Positions 48,157 to 57,300 of a stretch of DNA of 64,000 nt are shown here, piece after piece. Each line of letters opens with the position of its first letter. Position 1 is the stretch's first letter. Both the position numbers and the translations under genes were made by a program. The stretch covers positions 1 to 64,000 of the forward strand of contig JARGFH010000012.1 in NCBI GenBank assembly GCA_029210695.1, in the 5' to 3' direction. The DNA comes from Acidimicrobiia bacterium. GTDB taxonomy: Bacteria; Actinomycetota; Acidimicrobiia; Spongiisociales; JAHEDJ01. Under the pieces are notes generated by a model. That model ran no database searches and had not been told where the DNA came from. It was given only the letters and a program-made list of their open reading frames with translations.

Positions 48157-49254
48157 ATGCGACCGTACGCGATCGGGGATCCCGTCCTCGAAGAAAAAGT
48201 CAACGAACTCGTAGAAGCTACGGGCGCCGACACCGCCAACGCCGACCTCATCGGCGAGATCGTCACGACCGCCCTCAAACTGCACCGCGATGTAGCCGAT
48301 CGCGGTGACCTCAAACTGCTCAACACAGCCCTCAAGGAGATGCGCTACTCGATGCTCGTCTTCTCTCGCCATCGCGAAATACCGAAGGTGACGATCTTCG
48401 GATCGGCGCGCACCGAAGCGCACGATCCCAACTACCTGCTGGCCGTGGAATTCGCCGGGATCATGGCCCATGATCGAGCCTGGGGGGTCATCACCGGTGC
48501 CGGCCCCGGCATCATGGAGGCCGGCAACAAGGGAGCCGGACTCGATGCTTCCTTCGGCGTCAATATCCGGTTGCCATTCGAGTCGGACGCCAATCAACAT
48601 ATCGAGAACGACCGGGTCATCAACTTCAAGTACTTCTTCACCCGCAAGCTCGGATTTGTGAAGGAGTCGCATGCCTTCGCCCTGTTCCCGGGCGGTTTCG
48701 GGACCATGGATGAGACATTCGAACTCCTGACATTGATCCAAACCGGCAAGAGCGATCTCCACCCGATCGTCCTGCTCGAGGCGGAAGGCAACTCATACTG
48801 GGAGGAATGGCAGCGTTTCGTCGAGGAAAACCTCGTCGCCAACGGCATGATCACGGTCGACGACCTCAGCCTGTACAAGATCACGAGCAATCCCCTTGAA
48901 GCTGCCGACGAGATCTGTCGGTTCTACGCCAACTACCAGTCACAGCGCTATGTGAAAGGCATGCTGGTCCTGCGAATGAACCATGCACCCGACGAAGCCC
49001 AACTCCAGCGCCTCAACGATGACTTCTCCGACATCCTCGTGGACGGCGAGATCAGCGTCATTCCTGCCACCGAGGCGGAAATCGCCGACGCGGACTCGGT
49101 CGATGCCGGACGGGTTTCCCTCCATTTCGATCGCAGAAGCTTCGGGCGACTCAGAAAGCTCATCGACGCACTCAACGATCTGGTCGACACAACTCCCCAC
49201 GAGATTCATCTCCCACCCCCATATCGGGACGAACTTCCCGAGCGACCCTGGTAG
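48157..49254 (+). CDS. LOG-family Rossmann-fold protein
   Basis: FGSAR, TGAGPGIM, KYFFTRK, PGGFGTMDE. Confidence 0.92.
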   Translation: MRPYAIGDPVLEEKVNELVEATGADTANADLIGEIVTTALKLHRDVADRGDLKLLNTALKEMRYSMLVFSRHREIPKVTIFGSARTEAHDPNYLLAVEFAGIMAHDRAWGVITGAGPGIMEAGNKGAGLDASFGVNIRLPFESDANQHIENDRVINFKYFFTRKLGFVKESHAFALFPGGFGTMDETFELLTLIQTGKSDLHPIVLLEAEGNSYWEEWQRFVEENLVANGMITVDDLSLYKITSNPLEAADEICRFYANYQSQRYVKGMLVLRMNHAPDEAQLQRLNDDFSDILVDGEISVIPATEAEIADADSVDAGRVSLHFDRRSFGRLRKLIDALNDLVDTTPHEIHLPPPYRDELPERPW

Positions 49255-49297
49255 CTCCCCGCCTCTCGGCGGGCGGTGAGCGGCTACCATTACGCCG

Positions 49298-50038
49298 GTG
49301 CGTGAGATTCTTTCAGACCTCGTGGCAGAGCAACAATCGCTGGACCAGTTTCTCCAGCGCGTAGCCATCCGGGATTGGGATCGCCCCAGTTCGGCTGCAG
49401 GCTGGTCGATTCGCGACACCGTCAGTCATCTGGCCACCTTTGAGGAGTACGCATACAACGCGCTGGCGGAAGGCGGATCACGGCAATCGGAAGCCAACGC
49501 CTATCCCACCGACGAGGATTTCACCCTGGCGGGCGTTCTACCCGGCCGAGCCATGCGAGCTCAAGACGTCATCGAATGGTGGCGTGGGGCGAGAGCCAAA
49601 GTAATCGAAGAGCTGTCGAGGATCGCCCCCACCGTCCGCGTCCCGTGGTTCAAAGCCGACATGAGCGCCCGGACGTTCGCGACGGCCCGTCTGATGGAGA
49701 CCTGGGCCCACGGCCTCGACATATACACCTCCGTCGGCGAGGAGTGCGAAGACACCGTCAGATTGCGCCATATCGCCTGGCTGGGTTGGAAATCGCTGCC
49801 GTACGCCTTCGAGTTGGCCGGTGAGGAGTACTCCAAGCCGGTGCGGATCGAAGTCCTAGGCCCGCAGTGGTCGAAATGGATCTTCGGACCGGAGGACACC
49901 GACCAGGTGATCAAAGGCCAGGCCGGCGAGTGGTGCCGGGTCGCCGTGCAACGCATGAATGCCACCCAGGCGGGTTCCCTCAAAGCCCAGGGCGAGATCG
50001 CCGAAACCGCGCTGCGGGTCGCCCGCGCCTACATGTGA
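49298..50038 (+). CDS. DinB/maleylpyruvate isomerase-like metal-binding protein
   Basis: W..PS.AAGWSIRD..SHLA; RLMETWAHGLD. Confidence 0.85.
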   Translation: MREILSDLVAEQQSLDQFLQRVAIRDWDRPSSAAGWSIRDTVSHLATFEEYAYNALAEGGSRQSEANAYPTDEDFTLAGVLPGRAMRAQDVIEWWRGARAKVIEELSRIAPTVRVPWFKADMSARTFATARLMETWAHGLDIYTSVGEECEDTVRLRHIAWLGWKSLPYAFELAGEEYSKPVRIEVLGPQWSKWIFGPEDTDQVIKGQAGEWCRVAVQRMNATQAGSLKAQGEIAETALRVARAYM

Positions 50039-50811
50039 TCCCCGTGTTTCCTCGTCTGATCGGCATGGTTCACCTCGATCCCCTTCCGGGTGCTCCCGGG
50101 TTCAGGGACAACTTCGATGCCGTTGTCACCGCCGCTATCAAGGACGCCGAGACCCTCAAGGCGGCCGGGTTCGATGGCCTGATGATCGAGAACTTCGGAG
50201 ACGTGCCGTTCTTCGCCGAACGCGTGCCAAACATCACTGTGGCCTCCATGACCGCGGCCACCCAAGCCATTTCCGCCGCCGTTGACCTCCCGTTCGGCAT
50301 CAACGTCCTCAGGAACGATGGCGATGCAGCCCTCTCGATTGCGGCGGTCACCGGCGCCTCCTACATCCGGATCAATGTGCTTTCCGGTTCGATGCAGACC
50401 GACCAGGGTCTGATCACAGGCCGGGCGGCTGAACTCGCCCGCCTGCGCCGTTCCCTGGGGGTCGAGGTAGGGATCTTCGCCGATGTCTTCGTCAAGCATG
50501 CCGCCCCGCCGGGTGGGCTTTCGATCGCCCAGGCGGCCGCCGACACATGGGAGCGGGGCCTCGCCGACGCACTGATCGTCTCAGGAGCAGGAACCGGCGA
50601 GGAACCGGACGTCGGTGATCTCCGCCGGGTTCATGTCGCAGTCCCCGACGCCCACTTGCTGGTCGGCTCCGGCGCCCGTATCGACAACGTGGCCGGGTTG
50701 CTCGAGACGGCCAACGGAATCATCGCAGGAACGGCTCTGAAACGAGACCACGTGACCACAGCACCGGTCGACCCGGATCAGGCGCGCGCCTTCGTCGAAG
50801 CCGCCTCCTGA
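50035..50811 (+). CDS. BtpA/SgcQ family protein
   Basis: IGMVHL, ENFGDVPF, GINVLRND, ADV.VKH, IVSG..TG. Confidence 0.9.
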   Translation: MIPVFPRLIGMVHLDPLPGAPGFRDNFDAVVTAAIKDAETLKAAGFDGLMIENFGDVPFFAERVPNITVASMTAATQAISAAVDLPFGINVLRNDGDAALSIAAVTGASYIRINVLSGSMQTDQGLITGRAAELARLRRSLGVEVGIFADVFVKHAAPPGGLSIAQAAADTWERGLADALIVSGAGTGEEPDVGDLRRVHVAVPDAHLLVGSGARIDNVAGLLETANGIIAGTALKRDHVTTAPVDPDQARAFVEAAS

Positions 50812-50813
50812 TC

Positions 50814-51611
50814 ATGGAGCACATCGTCTATGAGCCGGACGGACGGATCGCCACACTGACGCTGGCGCGACCCGAAACCCGCAACGCCATCACCAACCCG
50901 GAGATGGTCGAAGAGGTCATGTCTGCCCTCCGTCATGCCGATGCCGATCCGGACATCGGCATCCTGATCATCACCGGCCAGGGCCCCGCCTTCAGTGCCG
51001 GAGGCAATGTCAAGGACATGCGGGCCGGTGTCGGCCTGTTCGAAGGCACCCCTGATGAGATAGCCGAGAAGTACCGGGCGTCGATCCAGCAGATCCCGCG
51101 CTTGATGCTGGGAACGGACCTGGTAACGATTGCGGCCGTGAACGGACCGGCGATTGGAGCAGGCTTCGATATCGCCCTGATGTGTGACCTGAGAATCGGA
51201 TCGACCGAGGCGCGATTCGCGCACACCTTCATCGATCTTGGCATTGTCCCCGGTGACGGTGGGGCCTGGTTCCTCCCCCGCGTTGTCGGTTGGCAGCGGG
51301 CGGCCGAACTCGCTTTCACATCCCGCATCGTCACCGCGGAAGAGGCAGTCGAGATGGGAATCCTGCTCGAGATGGTGGAACCCGACGACGTTCTCCCCCG
51401 GGCGATGGTGATTGCCTTGCAGATCGCAGCTAAGCCACCTCATTCGGTGCGCCTGACCAAGCGCCTGCTTCGCCATGCCCGGTCGATGGAACTCGATGGA
51501 TTCCTCGACATCTCGGCCGCTCTCCAGTCGGTTAGCCATCACACAGCAGACCACCGCGAAGCAGTGGAGGCCTTCTTCGAGAAGCGCCCGGGAGATTTCA
51601 AGGGTCGCTAG
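50814..51611 (+). CDS. Enoyl-CoA hydratase/crotonase family protein
   Basis: FSAGG, AAVNGPAIGAG, CDLRI. Confidence 0.93.
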   Translation: MEHIVYEPDGRIATLTLARPETRNAITNPEMVEEVMSALRHADADPDIGILIITGQGPAFSAGGNVKDMRAGVGLFEGTPDEIAEKYRASIQQIPRLMLGTDLVTIAAVNGPAIGAGFDIALMCDLRIGSTEARFAHTFIDLGIVPGDGGAWFLPRVVGWQRAAELAFTSRIVTAEEAVEMGILLEMVEPDDVLPRAMVIALQIAAKPPHSVRLTKRLLRHARSMELDGFLDISAALQSVSHHTADHREAVEAFFEKRPGDFKGR

Positions 51612-51752
51612 GCAGAGGGCCCAGGGTCGATGACCCGATCAACCGGCGGCCTCCCCTCCTGCGGGCGGAACACCTTCCGAGATCTTGCTTAATCCGGCCC
51701 CTGTGCCCGTTCCGTACTTAGGGCGTAACAGGAACAAACCAAGGAGGTCCTG

Positions 51753-52283
51753 ATGAGACGCACATTGACCCTGGCCGTAGCCACCCTACTAGCGGTGAGC
51801 TTGCTGGCCATCCCGGTATCCGCCAAAGGAAACAAGGCGCCCGCCGGCCCCACCATTGCCCAAATCACGGAGATGCCCGGTTTCAGCACTCTGAACTTCG
51901 CGCTGAACGCAACCGGCCTGTTCGACGTGCTGGATGGTGACGGTCAGTTCACGGTGTTCGCACCCACGGACGAGGCGTTCGCGGCACTCGAGAAAGCCAA
52001 CCCGGGCATCACCGCCTACCTGGTCGCCAACCCGGAGGTCTTGACCGACGTGCTCCTCTACCACGTGACCGACGGCCGCCGCTGGTCGAACAGCGTCATC
52101 AACAGGAACAACTCGAAGTCGATCGAGATGCTCAATGGGGGCTACGTGTGGGCGAACCCAACTGTCACCCTCACCGATAGCGACTCACTCGGCATCGGAA
52201 GCCCGGACGCAAGCATTGCTTCCCCCAACATCAATGCCAGCAATGGAGTCGTCCACGTCATCACGCAGGTGCTGATCCCCTGA
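51753..52283 (+). CDS. Secreted fasciclin (FAS1) domain protein
   Basis: Signal peptide; FTVFAPTDEAF, LLYHV, ASNGVVHVI. Confidence 0.93.
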   Translation: MRRTLTLAVATLLAVSLLAIPVSAKGNKAPAGPTIAQITEMPGFSTLNFALNATGLFDVLDGDGQFTVFAPTDEAFAALEKANPGITAYLVANPEVLTDVLLYHVTDGRRWSNSVINRNNSKSIEMLNGGYVWANPTVTLTDSDSLGIGSPDASIASPNINASNGVVHVITQVLIP

Positions 52284-52308
52284 CCCCGCCCGACACGGAG
52301 AGAATCCA

Positions 52309-52338
52309 CGAAGCCCGGGAGTCACCTCCCGGGCTTCG
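52309..52338. terminator. Hairpin between convergent genes
   Basis: CGAAGCCCGGGAG-tcac-CTCCCGGGCTTCG. Confidence 0.75.
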
Positions 52339-52379
52339 CTCTATGAATTGCCCGGCGGGCCTGATCGGGAATCCCCGCC

Positions 52380-52814
52380 TCACTGGACGCAAAACTCGTT
52401 GCCCTCTGGATCTTGCATCACTACCCATCGTTCCCCGCTCTCGGCGAACTCGCCCACGACTGCACCACCTGCTCCAACGAGGAGCTCGACGTGGGCATCC
52501 ACGCGGCTCCTGCGGTCTCCCGGGTCTGCATCGCCACCGCCCCCGATGTTGATATCGAGGTGCAGCCGGTTCTTCGCCAACTTCTCCTCTGGTACCTTCT
52601 GGAAGAAGAGACGCGGGCCACGGCCCGCCGGATCGATCAGTGCCCCACGCGCATCCCACTGATCTTGGGGGATCCCTTCGGCGGCCGCCCACTCTTGCCA
52701 CGACGCGAATCCAGGTAGCGGAGGTTGTTGAACGTACGCGAGGGCCAGCGCCCAGAATTCCACCAGGAGATTCACATCGTTTGCGTCGATCGTCACCTGA
52801 AATCCGTTCGCCAT
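52380..52814 (-). CDS. VOC/glyoxalase family protein
   Basis: FQKVPE.K..KNRLHLD; DPEGNEFCV. Confidence 0.9.
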   Translation of the reverse strand: MANGFQVTIDANDVNLLVEFWALALAYVQQPPLPGFASWQEWAAAEGIPQDQWDARGALIDPAGRGPRLFFQKVPEEKLAKNRLHLDINIGGGGDADPGDRRSRVDAHVELLVGAGGAVVGEFAESGERWVVMQDPEGNEFCVQ

Positions 52815-52821
52815 GGCTTCC

Positions 52822-53439
52822 TCACTCCTTGTGCACAGTGAACCCGATCTTCGTGAGCAATCTCAGGAAAGCCGTGGCCGGATCCTTGAAGTTGGCCGAT
52901 CTGAGCACATCATCGAAATCGCTCATGAACGCCGTCATTTGTTCAACGATATGCGACAGCGAGATGGTGTGGAGGTCGACGTCGGAGGTCCGCCCGAACG
53001 CGACCAGGCGGGTCCGTACGGTGGCACCGCTGCAACTCGGCGTCACGGCCACACCATGCGTCGCCACCTCATGCACTACGGATTCCAGATCGCAGCCGTA
53101 TACCCACGCCACTCGCCGGATGACCGCGTGAAGGACCTGGTGAGTCGCGAGGCCCGGATTGAACTCGGCCTCACCCTGTTTCACCTCACCGATGATCACG
53201 TCGATCTGATTGTCTTCCAGGCGCAACGCAGGATCCAAGATCAACAGCATGCGCCCTTCGGCGGTGTCGCCGGCATCGGCCGCGTAGATGTCGCCCGGAA
53301 ACCGCAGTGCAAGGATGTCCACGTCGGTGAGGGTCCGGTAGGTCCCGTCCTTCGCCCTCCCCTGTATGTCGAACTCGCTGAGGGTGAGGTACCCGTTCAG
53401 GCGGAGGTATGACTCCACCAGGTTGACTGCAACGTCCAT
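52822..53439 (-). CDS. Hypothetical PD-(D/E)xK nuclease-fold protein
   Basis: E in N-terminal helix, TDVDILA, IGEVK. Confidence 0.65.
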   Translation of the reverse strand: MDVAVNLVESYLRLNGYLTLSEFDIQGRAKDGTYRTLTDVDILALRFPGDIYAADAGDTAEGRMLLILDPALRLEDNQIDVIIGEVKQGEAEFNPGLATHQVLHAVIRRVAWVYGCDLESVVHEVATHGVAVTPSCSGATVRTRLVAFGRTSDVDLHTISLSHIVEQMTAFMSDFDDVLRSANFKDPATAFLRLLTKIGFTVHKE

Positions 53440-53646
53440 GGGGACATTCTGCACCATGCGGCGGGCACCGAGATCAAATGCCTGGCATACCGATGTTGCG
53501 CCACCCATCATCAACGCCCCAACGTGTCCTCACAAAGGGCCGAATTAGAGCCGACGACTCATGTACATAGGGTGGTCTCTGTGCCACCTTATGTAACGCG
53601 CGGGCTATTGCTGCGACTTAGCCTGGGACGCACAAGGAGGGCGCAA

Positions 53647-54222
53647 GTGTTGGAAGGCATGCTGGAGCGGATGTGGGAACGGGACGAGGCGCTCGCCCGT
53701 CACGGATTCCGGGTTGCTACCTTCGCGACGGCCCTCGCCCAACACCTCGATGCCCCTCCGGAGATGATCGACCGTCTCCGCATCGCAGCCATGATCCACG
53801 ATATCGGAAAACTCCGACTCGACCCGCTCATCATCGCCAAGCCGGGACCGCTCAACGAAGCGGAGTGGCACGAGATGCGCAAACACCCAGAGCATGGGTT
53901 CGAGATGGTGAAGGGATACGTCCATCCAGATATCTGCGGAGTCCTGCTTGCCCACCACGAACGCTACGACGGCGTCGGCTACCCGTTCAATCGGGCCGGC
54001 ACCGACATCCCCCGTGGTGCCCGCATTCTCCTCGTCGCCGACGCCTTCGACGCGATGACCAGCGACCGGCCGTACCAGCCGCCGATGCCCATCGCCGACG
54101 CCCTGAGAGAACTCGAGGAAAACGCAGGATCGCAATTCGACCCCAACGTGGTCGAGGCGATGCTGGACTTGTCCGCCAACGGGCGGCTCCGGACCGCTCA
54201 CGCGGTCAAGATCTCCGCCTGA
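53647..54222 (+). CDS. Standalone HD-GYP phosphodiesterase
   Basis: HDIGK, HHERYDGVGYP, DAFDAMTSDRPY; AGGAGG RBS before GTG. Confidence 0.92.
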   Translation: MLEGMLERMWERDEALARHGFRVATFATALAQHLDAPPEMIDRLRIAAMIHDIGKLRLDPLIIAKPGPLNEAEWHEMRKHPEHGFEMVKGYVHPDICGVLLAHHERYDGVGYPFNRAGTDIPRGARILLVADAFDAMTSDRPYQPPMPIADALRELEENAGSQFDPNVVEAMLDLSANGRLRTAHAVKISA

Positions 54223-54254
54223 TACCACCCGACCCCGAGGCGTAGCCACCAGCA

Positions 54255-54365
54255 GTTTCTGCGCAATGCAATGTATTGCCACGCGCCACAGCATTGCGGA
54301 GAAACAGCGCGGGGTTTTCTGCGCAATGCAATGTCTTGCCACGCGCCACAGCATTGCGGAGAAAA
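54255..54365. repeat. Tandem doublet of ~51-bp palindromic elements (60-bp period)
   Basis: TTTCTGCGCAATGC...GCATTGCGGAGAAA twice, one internal difference. Confidence 0.9.
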
Positions 54366-54367
54366 TA

Positions 54368-54389
54368 CGTCGGTGGGGGTCGCTACCGT
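54368..54389 (+). promoter_or_regulatory. RecA-NDp/PafBC-like leaderless promoter of lhr
   Basis: CGTCGG-N10-TACCGT, 6 nt before GTG. Confidence 0.7.
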
Positions 54390-54395
54390 GACGGC

Positions 54396-57300
54396 GTGCT
54401 GGATCTGTTCTCCCCTGCAACGCGAGCATGGTTTGAGGCATCGTTCGCGGCGCCCACCGATGCACAACGAGACGGCTGGCCGGCCATCGCAGACGGCCGG
54501 CATACGCTCATCCACGCCCCGACCGGGTCCGGCAAGACCCTGGCCGCCTTCCTCTGGACCCTCGACCGCATCCTCCACGAACCAATCCCTCCCGCCAAGG
54601 AACGTTGCAGGGTCCTTTACATCTCTCCCCTCAAGGCACTCGCCTACGACATCGATCGCAACCTCCGGGCACCGCTGATTGGAATCCAGCATGCAGCCCG
54701 GCGCCTGGGCCTCGATCCCCTGCCGGACATAACGACGTTCATCCGCACCGGCGACACTCCTGCAGACGAACGACGGCGGATGGAGCGGCACCCGCCCGAT
54801 GTTCTCATCACGACTCCCGAGTCTCTCTACCTTCTCTTGACCTCCCAGGCCCGGGCTGCCCTTCGCTCGGTGCGATGGGTGATCGTCGACGAGGTCCATG
54901 CAGTCGCCGGCACCAAGCGCGGGACCCATCTGGCTCTGTCCCTGGAACGCCTCGAGGAGATCACAGCCATCTCACCGCAACGCATCGGCCTCTCAGCCAC
55001 CCAGCGCCCTCTGGAAGTGATCGGATCGTTCCTCGGCGGTGGGACTGTCGATGGAGGTACGTGGACACCCCGTCCCGTGCATCTGATCGACGTCCCGGGC
55101 GACAAGGCGCTCGAACTCGAGCTGGTAGTGCCGGTCGAAGACATGACCGCCGTCACCGTGACGCCACCCACCCCCCTGGGCGTGTACGACGGCCCTGCAC
55201 AACTCCCACCGGCCAGAACATCGGTGTGGACGGCTATTTACCCAACTCTCCTCGAGCACATTCGTAGCCACCAGTCGACGATCGTGTTCGCCAACAGCAG
55301 AAGGCTCGCCGAGCGTATTTGTGACGAACTCAACCGCCTCGCCGGCGAAGAGGTAGCCAGGGCACACCACGGATCCGTGTCCCGCGAGCAGCGGGTCCAG
55401 ATCGAGGAGATGCTCAAGAAGGGTGAACTCCCGGCAGTCGTAGCAACATCCTCACTGGAACTCGGCATCGACATGGGCGCCGTCGATCTCGTCCTGCAGA
55501 TCGAATCGCCCACCTCCGTCGCCAGCGGGCTTCAGCGGGTCGGCCGGGCCGGCCACCAGGTTGGGGCGGCTTCCCGCGCCAAGATCTTCCCTAAGTACCG
55601 GGGGGACCTCCTGGTCGCCACCGTCGTGGTCGACCGCATGCTCGAGCGCGCGGTTGAGTCGACCCGGATCCCGCGCAGCCCGCTCGACGTCCTGGCGCAG
55701 CACATCGTGGCGATGGCCGCCAAGGACGAATGGGGTGTTGACGAACTGTTCTCACTAGTGCGACGCGCCGCACCTTATGCCGAACTCGGACGTGGCCCAT
55801 TCGAGGCGGTACTCGACATGCTCTCGGGTCGATACCCATCTGAGCTCTTCTCCGATTTGCGCCCTCGAATCGACTGGGATCGCGTCGCCAACACCATCGT
55901 GGGTCGTCCGGGTGCCCTGCAATTGGCAGTACAGAATCCGGGCACGATCCCCGACCGTGGCCTCTATACCGTGCACCTTCCTGATGGCGCCAGGGTTGGC
56001 GAACTCGATGAGGAGATGGTCTACGAGTCGAGAGTGGGCGACGTCTTCATCCTGGGCGCGTCCACCTGGCGAATCAACGAGATCACCGCCGACCGGGTCG
56101 AGGTCGTTCCTGCTCCCGGAGAGTCGGGCGCAACGATGCCTTTCTGGCACGGGGACATGCTCGGGAGAACAATCGAGACGGGACGTGCGCTCGGAGAATT
56201 CACTCGCGTCGTCGGCGCCCTCGACCGCCCCGAAGCCGAACGCACGCTCGCCGACCGGTACCACCTCGATGAATTGGCCGCTTCGAACCTCGCCGGATAC
56301 CTGCAGGAAGAACTCGAAGCAACGGGCCACCTCCCCTCGGACGAAACGATCGTCGTCGAACGCTTCCGCGACGAGATCGGGGATTGGCGGTTGGTCTTGC
56401 TTTCGCCGTTCGGCGCCAGAGTGCATGCGCCGTGGGCAATGGCGCTCACCGGCCGGTTTCGTCAGACACTCGGCCGCCAGGTCGACGTCATCTGGGGCGA
56501 CGACGGCATCGCACTCCGGTTTCCCGACCAGGACGACATTCCGACCGCGGCGGATCTGCTGATCGATCCGGACGAAATCGAAGCCGAGCTGGTGGATCAC
56601 CTGGCGGACTCAGCCATGTTCGCCGCTCGCTTCAGGGAGGCGGCGGCGCGATCGCTCCTGCTCCCGCGCCGCCGGCCCGGCAAACGGACGCCACTGTGGC
56701 TCCAGCGAAGGCGGGCCGGCAATCTGCTGGGGGTAGTGCGCCAATTCGGATCGTTCCCCATCGTTCTCGAGACCTACCGGGAGATCCTCCAGGACGACTT
56801 CGATGTTCCGGCACTGATCGAGCTGCTCGGTGAACTCCGCTCGCGGGCGATCCGTGTTGTTGAGGTAGAGCTAGATTCCCCCAGTCCCTTCGCCTCCTCT
56901 CTCCTCTTCGAGTTCGTCGCCTCTTTCTTGTATGAGGGTGACACGCCTCTGGCCGAACGCAGGGCGGCCGCCCTCACCCTCGACCGCCAGCTCCTGGGCG
57001 AACTGCTCGGTGAGGGAGAACTTCGCCAGCTGCTGTCGCGCGATGTCATCGCGACCATCGAGTTGGAGCTGCAACGCCTTGCTCCGGGGTATCAGGCAAC
57101 CGGCGCCTCCGGAGCGCACGACCTTCTCCGCCAGCTCGGTCCATTGACGGCCGACGAGCTCACCGCCCGCCTCACAGACGATGATCCGGTACCGCTCCTG
57201 GCGGATCTCCAATCCAGGAACCAGGTCATCCCGATCCAACACGGTGGCATCGGTCGCTGGGCTGCCATCGAAGACGCAGGGCGGCTGCGAGACGCCATCG

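Noticed and set aside
53531..53557. FliA/WhiG-type promoter for the HD-GYP gene
   Set aside because: GCCGACGA resembles the -10, but the -35 spacing does not fit
54255..54365. CRISPR array
   Set aside because: Only two units, no unique spacers, no cas genes
54276..54395. N-terminal extension of Lhr
   Set aside because: Reads through the palindromic repeats and promoter; recognisable Lhr sequence begins at GTG 54396
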